Origin: Candidatus Nomurabacteria bacterium
GTDB taxonomy: Bacteria; Patescibacteriota; Saccharimonadia; Saccharimonadales; Saccharimonadaceae
Length of the DNA: 64,000 nt
Direction: 5' to 3'
Assembly (NCBI GenBank): GCA_031262695.1
Contig: JAISHF010000004.1
Span: 107,993-171,992, forward strand
In this document: piece after piece, positions 46,297 to 55,364 of the stretch
Position numbering within the stretch: the stretch's first letter is position 1
How the letters are laid out: every line of letters begins with the position of its first letter
The notes under the pieces: model-generated
What the model was told of the DNA's origin: nothing
What the model saw: only the letters and a program-made list of their open reading frames with translations
The model's database searches: none
Translations under genes and position numbers: made by a program

Positions 46297-47325
46297 ATGA
46301 AAAACAAACAGAAAGGTAGCATGAAAAAACAAATCATAGGCACGATGCTCGCGAGCGCGGTAATCTTGGCGGCGGTCGGGGCGACGGGAGTGGTGAACGA
46401 CAGGATGTCGGCAGCGACTGATGTAGAGATAAGCGTAGAGGTGCTGCCGTCAAACGTAAGCTATGAGATTACTGACCCTGTGAACGGGGCGACGATTACC
46501 GACCCGAATTACGCCTTGAAGGTGCGGACGATTCGGAACGCGAGCATGAAGTTTTATAATTGTTATGGCAGCCAGATTGCCGATTGTGGCAAGGTAATGG
46601 ATGGGTATCCGAATGGTGTCGGTTATATCTCGGCGACGACAATAAATAATCCTGACGAGTGGTCAAATATTGAGTTTAATGCGAGCTTTTTGCGGACTGA
46701 GCAGGGGCAACACCGTTTGATGGTGATTGGTTTTGATGCGGATGATGTGGCGGTTGATCAGGGGACTTCTGTGTATGTGAATTATGTTTATAGCAATCCA
46801 AACCCAAATCCACCAGTCAACCCAAATCCACCAGCACCAGAGCCAGCGAAGCCGACCTTGACGGTTGAAGTGGTCGGTGGCACCGAGAAAGATGGCGCGA
46901 TTGTTTTGCCAAAAGGCGACAACATCCAGATTAAGGTATCATATAGTGATATTGCTAAATTGGGCGTAGGGGCTGGCGACAAGGATTTGACAGGTTCTTG
47001 CCAACCGATTCCGGCAGACAAGAACTCGGGGATGATAACTTGCACGATACCGAAAAAGGACCTCTTTAATTATATCAAAGAAGGCAACTATTATGTCGGT
47101 CGGATGTCATTAGTGTTGTTTGGCAAAGATAAGGACGGCAATGTGCTGGTAACCAAAACGATTAACTTGGTGGACATCTCGGATATTGATGCACCAAATA
47201 CTGGCTTGAACGAGGGCTTTTTGGCGGTGGCGAACGAAGATTTGTTCCTTGGCGGTGTGGTAGCGCTACTGGCAATGGGCTTGATGACGGTATATATCTT
47301 ATTCCGTCGGGCAAATAAAGCTTAG
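46297..47325 (+). CDS. cell-surface protein with a signal peptide and a sortase-type C-terminal sorting signal
   Basis: N-terminal signal IIGTMLASAVILAAVGATG. Pro/Asn linker NPNPNPPVNPNPPAPEP. C-terminus APNTG + hydrophobic LFLGGVVALLAMGLMTVYILF + RRANKA. Confidence 0.6.
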   Translation: MKNKQKGSMKKQIIGTMLASAVILAAVGATGVVNDRMSAATDVEISVEVLPSNVSYEITDPVNGATITDPNYALKVRTIRNASMKFYNCYGSQIADCGKVMDGYPNGVGYISATTINNPDEWSNIEFNASFLRTEQGQHRLMVIGFDADDVAVDQGTSVYVNYVYSNPNPNPPVNPNPPAPEPAKPTLTVEVVGGTEKDGAIVLPKGDNIQIKVSYSDIAKLGVGAGDKDLTGSCQPIPADKNSGMITCTIPKKDLFNYIKEGNYYVGRMSLVLFGKDKDGNVLVTKTINLVDISDIDAPNTGLNEGFLAVANEDLFLGGVVALLAMGLMTVYILFRRANKA

Positions 47326-47376
47326 ATAATTAAGAAAATCGCCTCTTGTTGGGGCGATTTTTGATATAATAGATAT

Positions 47377-50300
47377 ATGAAGTTGAACGAGCAGCAGCAA
47401 CGGGCAGTTGAGACGATAGAGGGGCCAGTGTTGGTGGTGGCGGGGCCTGGCACGGGCAAAACACAGTTGCTCGCGGCACGGGTGGCCAATATTTTGAAAC
47501 AGACTGATGCGGCGCCAGAGAATATTTTGTGTTTGACTTTTACAAACGACGGCGCGCGGAATATGCGGGAACGGCTGCGGAGCTTGATTGGTGAGGCGAG
47601 CTATAAGGTGACGGTCGGGACTTATCACGAGTTTGGCGCAGCGATTTTGCGAGATTACCCAGAATATTTTGTGGAGCGGCGATACCTGAATTTGATTGAC
47701 GACTTGAAGGCCTACCAGATTTTTAACGGCCTAGTTGAAAAAATGAGTTATACTAACGGTCTGCGACATATTGAATGGCGAGGCGTGAGGGGGCTGATTT
47801 CGGATGTTAAGCGGGCGGCGTTGACGCCAGATGCTTTGCGAGCGATTGCGGCAGAAAATGAGCGAGTGGCGGGCAAGTTGGAGCAAGTGGCGAACGAGAT
47901 TTTTCCGCCGCGAATGCCGAGCAAGTTAGAGCAGGCGCTACCAATCTACGATAAATGGGCGGAGGCGCTTAACTCCTCAGAAACTGGCTTGCAAAATGTC
48001 GCTAGTGTGCCGTCGCTCATGCAAACCTATTTGACAGAGTATAATTTGGCGCGGGCGGCGGCGGAGGCGAGCGAGAAGACGACGCCGCTAAATGAATATA
48101 AGGCGAGCATTTTGGCGAGGGTGGAGGGTAGGTTTTGCTTGAAGGCGCGGAAGGCGAACGAGCGGCTTGGGCGGCTCGCGGAAGTCTATGAGGAATACAA
48201 TAATATCACGCGGGCGGAGGGGCTGTATGATTATGATGATATAATTTTGGCGGCGATTAAAGCGATTAGCGAGAATAGTGATCTTAGGGCGGAATTGCAG
48301 GAGCAATATCAGTATGTATTGTTGGACGAATATCAAGATACGAATGCGGCGCAGAGCAAGATTGTGGAATTGTTGCTGGACAATCCGGTATGGGAGGGGC
48401 GGCCAAATGTGTTGGCGGTAGGTGATGACGACCAGGCAATCTATGCTTTTCAGGGGGCGTTAGCGTCAAATTTGACGGAGTTTGCGGAACGATATCGGGG
48501 CGTGGAAAAGATTTATTTGGAGAAAAATTATCGTTCGGGGGCGGCGATTGTGGATTTTGCAGCGAATTTTCGGCAGACAATTCAGGACGGGGTATTTAAG
48601 GATAAAACTTTGGAGTTGGCGACTGGGCAAGAAGCGGCGATTCGGCGACTGGATTTTAAGAGTGATGTGGCGGAGCGGAATTGGGTGGCGGCGCAAATTC
48701 GGGAGCTGCTGGCGTCAGGTGTGCCGGCACATGAGATTGCGGTTTTGGCGCGCAAAAATGCGGAACTCGCAAGCGTAGCAAAACACTTAGGCGGGGTAAA
48801 AATTCGTTTTGACCAGCAAAATGACATCTTGACCGAAACGAAAATCGTGCGGGAGTTTTTGGATTTGTGTCGGCTGTTAGTGGCAATTACAGAAAAATCA
48901 GCAAACGAGGACGAACTGGCAGCGCGGGTATTTTATGCCGAGCGATGGAAGTTGCCAGTGGCAGAATTATATCGGATTGCGCGCGTAAAAGACGGTTGGA
49001 TATCGGCGATGTTGGCGAGTGAGGCAGCCGAAACGCGAGCGGCGGCAGAAAAAGTGTTGGAACTGGCTGGAGAATTGGCGGAGGTGCCGCTAAATGAGGC
49101 AATTTATGAGATAGCCAAGGATTGGCAGGCGGCGGATGCAGAATTATACGAGTTGAATTCGGCGTTATTGATTTTGCAACATGCAGTTAGCGCAAGCAGT
49201 GGGGAGACGGAGGCGGGCGGCAAGTTAACTTCTGAGAACGGGCAAGCAGAAGAGGCACGACCACTGCTGACGCTGAAGAATCTGGTGCGATATGCGGACA
49301 ATATGATTGCGGCGGGGCTAAATTTGTTGGATGCAAGCCCGTATCGGGCGGCAGAGTCAGCAGTGAGTTTGCTCTCGGCACATAAGGCCAAGGGGTTAGA
49401 GTTTGAATATGTGTTTATTATCGGCGCACATAATTCTAATTGGGTGAAGACAAATAGCCACCGTGGTTCAACTTTGCCGCCGAATTTGCAGGCGATAAAT
49501 CCGTCGGGCGACCGTGATGATGACCGGCGGCGACTACTCTATGTAGCGGCGACAAGGGCGAAAAATACATTATATATTACGCGTGCTCGGGCGACTTTTG
49601 AGGGCAAGAATTTGATGCCGATTGAGTATTTGGATGAGCGTGATGAAGATGGACGGACGGTGGCGTGGGCTTTGCCTGAGGGCTATCGTGAGGTGGCGAG
49701 TGGTGAGGCGGCGGATGAGCGGCCAGATGTGGCGGTTTTGGCGGAGGAGGTGAGTAGGCTTGTTAGTAGCCCTGATTTGCCGACGATTGCGGCGGAGTTT
49801 ACGGCGAATTATGCGCTGTCGCCAAGTGATTTAAATAATTTTATAGATGATGAGTATGGTGGGGCGGCGGCGTTCTACCAGCAAAAAGTGCTAAAAATGC
49901 CGAGTGCACCAAATTACAATATGGCTTTTGGCACGGTGGTGCATAGCGTGTTGCAAGATGTGGCTGAGGCGGCAAATCGGGGTGAGCGATTGGCGATAGA
50001 GGAGATTTTGCTGCGGTTTCGTAAGGGCATACAAGAGTTGCGGGGTGTATCGGAAAACGATCGGCGGTTGATGAGTGAGCAGGGCGAGTTTGTGCTACCA
50101 AGGTGGTTGGCGGTGAACGAGACGATTTTGGCACAAAATGGCGTGCTGACGGAACGTCCGTTCCGCCGAGAAAAAAATGGCGTGCGGTTGCTTGGGCGGA
50201 TTGACCGAATTGAGCCGAGTGGCGGCGGGGCTGGGCGGACAGTAGTAGATTTTAAGACGGGCGCGGCAGGTTCGGCAAACAGCAACAAATCGCATAAGGC

Positions 50301-50601
50301 ACGGTTGCAGTTGTATTTTTATAAGATTTTGCTAGAAGGCACGGCGGGCGAGCCGATCCGTCAAGGTCGGGTGGATTTCGTGTCGGTTGATAGCGATGAG
50401 AAGGTGGCGAAATCGCTTTTGGTAGAGTTTGAGCCAGAGGAAGAGGCGTTAGTCTGGCAGCTAATTCAGTTGGTTTGGCAAAAAGTTTTGAAAATGGACT
50501 TTCAAAACTTAGTAAAAACAGAGGCGGCAAACGGCGGCACGCAGAGTTTTCGGGAGTTCTTAGAGGTGAAAATTGCAGCATTAGATGGGGCGAAGGTTTA
50601 G
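47377..50601 (+). CDS. UvrD/PcrA-like SF1 helicase fused to a C-terminal RecB/AddB-type PD-(D/E)xK nuclease
   Basis: VVAGPGTGKT (Walker A), VLLDEYQDTN (motif II), YRSG and VAATRAK (motif VI). C-terminus GRIDRIE...VVDFKTG...QLYFYK is the RecB-nuclease signature. Confidence 0.8.
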   Translation: MKLNEQQQRAVETIEGPVLVVAGPGTGKTQLLAARVANILKQTDAAPENILCLTFTNDGARNMRERLRSLIGEASYKVTVGTYHEFGAAILRDYPEYFVERRYLNLIDDLKAYQIFNGLVEKMSYTNGLRHIEWRGVRGLISDVKRAALTPDALRAIAAENERVAGKLEQVANEIFPPRMPSKLEQALPIYDKWAEALNSSETGLQNVASVPSLMQTYLTEYNLARAAAEASEKTTPLNEYKASILARVEGRFCLKARKANERLGRLAEVYEEYNNITRAEGLYDYDDIILAAIKAISENSDLRAELQEQYQYVLLDEYQDTNAAQSKIVELLLDNPVWEGRPNVLAVGDDDQAIYAFQGALASNLTEFAERYRGVEKIYLEKNYRSGAAIVDFAANFRQTIQDGVFKDKTLELATGQEAAIRRLDFKSDVAERNWVAAQIRELLASGVPAHEIAVLARKNAELASVAKHLGGVKIRFDQQNDILTETKIVREFLDLCRLLVAITEKSANEDELAARVFYAERWKLPVAELYRIARVKDGWISAMLASEAAETRAAAEKVLELAGELAEVPLNEAIYEIAKDWQAADAELYELNSALLILQHAVSASSGETEAGGKLTSENGQAEEARPLLTLKNLVRYADNMIAAGLNLLDASPYRAAESAVSLLSAHKAKGLEFEYVFIIGAHNSNWVKTNSHRGSTLPPNLQAINPSGDRDDDRRRLLYVAATRAKNTLYITRARATFEGKNLMPIEYLDERDEDGRTVAWALPEGYREVASGEAADERPDVAVLAEEVSRLVSSPDLPTIAAEFTANYALSPSDLNNFIDDEYGGAAAFYQQKVLKMPSAPNYNMAFGTVVHSVLQDVAEAANRGERLAIEEILLRFRKGIQELRGVSENDRRLMSEQGEFVLPRWLAVNETILAQNGVLTERPFRREKNGVRLLGRIDRIEPSGGGAGRTVVDFKTGAAGSANSNKSHKARLQLYFYKILLEGTAGEPIRQGRVDFVSVDSDEKVAKSLLVEFEPEEEALVWQLIQLVWQKVLKMDFQNLVKTEAANGGTQSFREFLEVKIAALDGAKV

Positions 50602-50651
50602 GATGTGGCTTAGACGCTTGAAATCTAAACAAAAAGACATATAATATATAT

Positions 50652-52931
50652 ATGGGTAAGAAGAAGACCAAAAATAAGCGAGTAGCAGGGCGCAAAAAGC
50701 CCGCGCCAGAGGATAATTCGCCAAAGCATGATGTGCCGTATGGTTTTTGGGCGCAAATTGGGGCGATTTTGATGCTGGCAGTGGCGGTGTTTTTGGTTTT
50801 GTCGTGGTTCGGCAAAGGAGGCGCACTCCTGGCAGTGATTTTTAGGCTGGGCTATGGCCTGATTGGGATTGGCTACTTCTTTATTCCGCCGATGATTGTC
50901 TATCTGGCGGTGTTAGTATTTCGTTCAAGCGAAAATCGAATCCCGCGGTCAGTATTAGCAGGGTCAATATTGCTGTTGGTGTGGCTGGCCTGTGCAGGCG
51001 GCGTTTTGCCAGATTTAATTAAGGCCTTTCCGAAGGAGGGCGGCGGTTTGATCGGCGGCTGGGCGCACGATGCGTTGGTTGGTAGTCGTTGGCTAACGGC
51101 TGGCGTGGCGTTATTTGGCATAATTTTAGTGATTTTAATTACGGAATTATTTGTTTTGAAGTTGTCGCCGCTCACAGTATTAAAAAAGTTATTTGGCAAA
51201 AAAACTAAGGCGCCAGTAGACGAAACCGCTAAGGCGGGCGGGCGAGTAGATCTGAGTGGCGAGGCAGCAAAGGCAGAAGAAAAGCCGCTGGCAAAGTTGC
51301 CAAAGAGTTGGTTCGGCAAGCGGCAGAAGGTGGTCGGAGCAGCAACTGGCTCCTCGGCCCGCTCTGCGTCAGGTTCCGCAAATGGAACACTGGCAGGCCG
51401 CTCAGGCCAAGTCCTTAGCCCTTCGGAGCCAGCTGCTTCCCCGACCAACTGGCGGTTGCCGAGCGTGGAATTACTAGACAAAAAGCAAACACCAGCAGAT
51501 GCAGGGAATATTCAGCAAAATGCACAAATTATCAAGAATACCTTTGAGCAATTTGGCATTGATGTCAAAATGGACGGCGCTGATGTTGGCCCAAGAGTGA
51601 CTCGTTATACGCTCAGGCCGCCAAGTGGGGTTAACTTGTCGCGGATTGTGGCGCTAGACCGTGAATTATCGTTGAATTTGGCGGTAGATAAAGTGCGGAT
51701 TGAGGCGCCGATTGCTGGCACGAGTTTGGTCGGCATTGAATTGCCAAATGTCAAACAGGCGAGTGTTGGGCTGCGTAGCGTTCTAGATAGCGCCGAATGG
51801 AAGGCGAATAGCGACCCGCTGACGTTTGCGCTAGGCAAAGATATTTCGGGTGCGGCGGTGATGACGAACCTAGCAAAAATGCCGCACTTGCTGATTGCTG
51901 GCACAACTGGCTCGGGTAAGTCGGTGATGAGCAATGTGCTGATTACTTCACTTTTGTATCGTAATTCGCCAGATAAACTCAGGATGATTATTATTGACCC
52001 AAAACAGGTGGAGATGAGCCAATATCGTGACATCCCACACTTGGAGGCACCGATTATCACACGGACTGAGGATGCTTTGCAAGCTTTGAAGTGGGCGGCA
52101 AATGAGATGGACCGACGCTATGGCCTGATGAGCAAGAGTGGCGCGAAAAAGATTGATGACTATAATGCGTGGCTAATCAAAAAGCAGGCCGAGCAGGCCA
52201 AGGCGGGTGAGGCAGGTAACCCGATTGATGATGAATTCGCGGCTTTGCACGACGGCCCAATGCCATATATGGTGATTGTGATTGACGAGATGGCGGACCT
52301 GATGATGCAGTCGGGTAAGGAGATGGAGGCGCACATTGTGCGGGTGGCGCAAAAGGGGCGCGCGGCAGGTATGCACTTGGTGTTGGCAACCCAGCGGCCA
52401 GAAGTGAAGGTAGTGACGGGCTTGATTAAGGCAAATGTGCCGGGGCGGATTGCCTTTGCGGTGTCAAATCAGGTGGATAGTCGGGTGATGATTGACGCAA
52501 GTGGCGCGGAGAAGTTGCTCGGGCAGGGTGATGGTTTGCTTTTGACGACCGAGATGATGGGTAAGCCAGTGCGAATTCAGGGTGCTTTTGTTTCGGATAG
52601 TGAGGTAGATGCGGTAGTGAAGTTCTTGAAGTCGCAAAGTGGGCCACGTTATAATGAGGAGGTTTTGAAGGCGACGGGCGATACGGCGGCTGTGGGTGCA
52701 ACGACCGATTTGGCATCGGGCGAGCCGAGCCAAGACGCAAAAGACGCATTGCAACTATTTATTGAGCAAAACAAAGTTTCTACCTCTATGTTGCAGACTT
52801 ATTTGCGGTTGGGGCATGGTCGGGCAGCACGGGCGGTACTAGAATTAGAGGCACGCGGGGCGATTGGCAACGACCCGTCGGGTGGTCGTGGCAAGGTTGT
52901 GCTAATGTCGTCGGTTGATGAGTTAGTGTAG
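50652..52931 (+). CDS. ftsK: DNA translocase FtsK
   Basis: N-terminal TM helices, then motor domain LIAGTTGSGKSV and VIVIDEMADLM, then a C-terminal gamma winged-helix (STSMLQTYLRLGHGRAARAVLELEARG). Confidence 0.92.
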   Translation: MGKKKTKNKRVAGRKKPAPEDNSPKHDVPYGFWAQIGAILMLAVAVFLVLSWFGKGGALLAVIFRLGYGLIGIGYFFIPPMIVYLAVLVFRSSENRIPRSVLAGSILLLVWLACAGGVLPDLIKAFPKEGGGLIGGWAHDALVGSRWLTAGVALFGIILVILITELFVLKLSPLTVLKKLFGKKTKAPVDETAKAGGRVDLSGEAAKAEEKPLAKLPKSWFGKRQKVVGAATGSSARSASGSANGTLAGRSGQVLSPSEPAASPTNWRLPSVELLDKKQTPADAGNIQQNAQIIKNTFEQFGIDVKMDGADVGPRVTRYTLRPPSGVNLSRIVALDRELSLNLAVDKVRIEAPIAGTSLVGIELPNVKQASVGLRSVLDSAEWKANSDPLTFALGKDISGAAVMTNLAKMPHLLIAGTTGSGKSVMSNVLITSLLYRNSPDKLRMIIIDPKQVEMSQYRDIPHLEAPIITRTEDALQALKWAANEMDRRYGLMSKSGAKKIDDYNAWLIKKQAEQAKAGEAGNPIDDEFAALHDGPMPYMVIVIDEMADLMMQSGKEMEAHIVRVAQKGRAAGMHLVLATQRPEVKVVTGLIKANVPGRIAFAVSNQVDSRVMIDASGAEKLLGQGDGLLLTTEMMGKPVRIQGAFVSDSEVDAVVKFLKSQSGPRYNEEVLKATGDTAAVGATTDLASGEPSQDAKDALQLFIEQNKVSTSMLQTYLRLGHGRAARAVLELEARGAIGNDPSGGRGKVVLMSSVDELV

Positions 52932-53049
52932 GGCTATTTGATGTTCGGGTATGTTCGGTTTTTGTGAGGCTGATGTTCGGTTTTGTTCGGTTTTACAGAT
53001 GAGAATAGCACTCTTGCAGTTTGTTTGCTAGTTTGCTATAATATATATT

Positions 53050-53919
53050 ATGGCAAAAAAAGATTATTATGAAGTTTTGGGTGTGGCGAAGGGCGCATCG
53101 GATGATGAAATCAAAAAGGCTTTTCGCAAGGCGGCGGTGGCAAGTCATCCTGATAAGACTGGTGGTGATGACAGCAAGTTTAAGGAAGTCAACGAAGCTT
53201 ATGAGGTCTTGAAAGATCATGACAAGCGAGCGCGTTATGACCAATTTGGCCATGCGGGCGTCGGGCAGGGCGCAGGTGGTTTTGGTGGTGCGGGCAGTGC
53301 TGGCTACGGCGGATTTGGTGGGCAAAATGTCAGTTTTGATTTTGGCGATTTTGGCGACCTTGGTGATATTTTTGGTAGTATGTTTGGTTTTGGTGGCGGC
53401 AAGGCAAGGTCGCGGCGAGGTGCGGATTATCAGACGAGTGTAACGATTGATTTTTTGGATGCTGTTTTTGGCACAACACGTGAAATTGGCTTGCATAATG
53501 GCGATAAAATTAAAGTAAAAATTCCGGCAGGGATTGATGATGGCATGAGCATTCGGCTTTCGGGCAAGGGCGGCGACGGTGCCAATGGCGGTGGCAAGGG
53601 TGATTTGTATGTGCAGGTGCGGGTATTGCCAAGCGATAAATGGACGCGTGAGGGTAGCATTATTCTGAGTCAGATTGAAGTTGATATGATTACGGCGGCA
53701 TTAGGTGGCGAGGCGGATGTAGAAACAGTGGACGGCAACGTCGTGATGAAGATTCCAGCCGGCACGCAAAGTGGCACGGAGTTTAAGCTCTCGGGCAAGG
53801 GTGCGGTTGATCCGCGATATAGCGACGGGCGGCGGGGGCCGCAGATTGTGCGGGTGCAAGTCAAGACGCCAACTAATCTTACGCGCAAGCAAAAAGAAAA
53901 ATTACGCGATATCTTTTGA
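53050..53919 (+). CDS. J-domain co-chaperone, DnaJ class II/CbpA-like (no zinc-finger domain)
   Basis: DYYEVLGV...HPDK J-domain, a G/F-rich linker, then C-terminal beta-domains. No CxxCxGxG repeats anywhere. Confidence 0.85.
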   Translation: MAKKDYYEVLGVAKGASDDEIKKAFRKAAVASHPDKTGGDDSKFKEVNEAYEVLKDHDKRARYDQFGHAGVGQGAGGFGGAGSAGYGGFGGQNVSFDFGDFGDLGDIFGSMFGFGGGKARSRRGADYQTSVTIDFLDAVFGTTREIGLHNGDKIKVKIPAGIDDGMSIRLSGKGGDGANGGGKGDLYVQVRVLPSDKWTREGSIILSQIEVDMITAALGGEADVETVDGNVVMKIPAGTQSGTEFKLSGKGAVDPRYSDGRRGPQIVRVQVKTPTNLTRKQKEKLRDIF

Positions 53920-53948
53920 TATTTTGAAGAGCCAGCATTGCTTGCTAT

Positions 53949-55322
53949 TCAAGAGACAACATTTTCTAGCCAGAGGACGAGTTCTTCTAGCAAGAATTTG
54001 TCGTTGTTAGGGTCTTTACTTGCGGCGGCCATTTCTTTTTGGAATTCGGGGAGGCGGGCTTGGAGCTTGGCGGTGCGGTAGGCGTGCCAGATGGCGGCGT
54101 CAGACTTAGTGAGGGATTTTGGAAAATTACGGGCTTTGTAGAGTGGCAATAATTTGGCGAGGCGTTCGTCGGTGAAATTGGGGTCAAAATCGGCGAGCTT
54201 TTGGGCGTCGGCACTCCGGACGGCGGCCATTTTGGGCTTGTCGGAGTCGGGAGCGAAGCCGTCGTAAAGTGTGCAGTCGGGGTCATCGGAATGTGGAAAT
54301 GGCGGTAGTTCTTTGGCGGAGGCGACGCGGGCGGCGAAGGTCGGGTCGCTTTGGAGTTTGGCGAGGTTCTGCTGGATTTTTATGAGGTCAATTTGGAGTC
54401 GTTCTTGGTCGGCGGGTTGCAGAACGGCGAGCGGGGCAATGGCGGGGCAGCGATTAAAGCGGAGTTCTTTGACGGGGAGTGGCTGGTAGTCCTCGGGGCG
54501 TTTATCATAAGGAATCTGGACGTGTTTTTTGAGTTCTGATTCGCTCATGGCTATAAAAGGTGCTGGGTCAACTTGGAGGTCATAAACATAGGTGCCTTGC
54601 TGGGTCGGAGCGATTGGGAAAACGATGGTGGTTTTGAGCGGATAATGGTAGCGGCCCGAGGTATAAACGAAAGGTTTGCCGTTCATAACGAGTTGCTCTA
54701 CGGCGGACTTGTTGCGGATTTTGAAGAGGTAGTCAAAGATTTGTGGCTGTTTGGTTTTGAGTAATTTGGCGACGGCAATCAGAGCTTCAACATCCGAAAG
54801 GGCGTCGTGGGCTTTGGCGTGGAGTAGGCCGTTGGCACTTGATAAGTCGGTGAGTTTATTGCTGGGCTTGCCGTCTTTTTCGGTCCAGTTGATGCCGTCG
54901 GGGCGGAGGGCGCGAGTCATACGGACGACATCAAGGAGGTCCCAACGTGAGCGGTTATCAGCCCATTGCCAGGTGTAAGCATCGTAAAAGTTGCGAAAAA
55001 AGAGATTGCGGATGAATTCGTCGTCAAAACGGATATTGTTGTAGCCGATAGCGACGGTGTCGGGCGTAAAGACCTCGTCGGCTAACAGATGTGAAAGTTC
55101 AGCCTCGGTGAGGCCGTCGGTTTGGGTTGCTTGTGGCGTGATGCCAGTGGTCAAGATGGCAAAAGGGCTAGGCAGGATTTCTTTGGATAATTTGACGAGT
55201 AAATTGTAGGGTTCGCCGATAGGATTGAAGCTTTCGTCAGTGCGGATGCCGGCGAATTGCATAATGCGGTCGGTTTTGGGGCTGAGGCCGCTGGTTTCTA
55301 AATCATAAAAGAAGTAGGTCAT
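53949..55322 (-). CDS. sbcB: exodeoxyribonuclease I
   Basis: FFFYDLETSGLSPKTDRIMQFAGIR (ExoI), YNNIRFDDEF (ExoII), AHDALSDVEA (ExoIII, DEDDh). Length fits ExoI. Confidence 0.85.
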   Translation of the reverse strand: MTYFFYDLETSGLSPKTDRIMQFAGIRTDESFNPIGEPYNLLVKLSKEILPSPFAILTTGITPQATQTDGLTEAELSHLLADEVFTPDTVAIGYNNIRFDDEFIRNLFFRNFYDAYTWQWADNRSRWDLLDVVRMTRALRPDGINWTEKDGKPSNKLTDLSSANGLLHAKAHDALSDVEALIAVAKLLKTKQPQIFDYLFKIRNKSAVEQLVMNGKPFVYTSGRYHYPLKTTIVFPIAPTQQGTYVYDLQVDPAPFIAMSESELKKHVQIPYDKRPEDYQPLPVKELRFNRCPAIAPLAVLQPADQERLQIDLIKIQQNLAKLQSDPTFAARVASAKELPPFPHSDDPDCTLYDGFAPDSDKPKMAAVRSADAQKLADFDPNFTDERLAKLLPLYKARNFPKSLTKSDAAIWHAYRTAKLQARLPEFQKEMAAASKDPNNDKFLLEELVLWLENVVS

Positions 55323-55364
55323 AGATATATTATATCACGCATAGCCATGAAGTTGGCGTGGCAA

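Noticed and set aside
50252-50826. Minus-strand ORFs (187 and 81 aa) bridging the helicase-nuclease and ftsK genes
   Set aside because: They overlap two well-supported + strand genes and the ftsK promoter, and their composition is Pro-rich and low-complexity.
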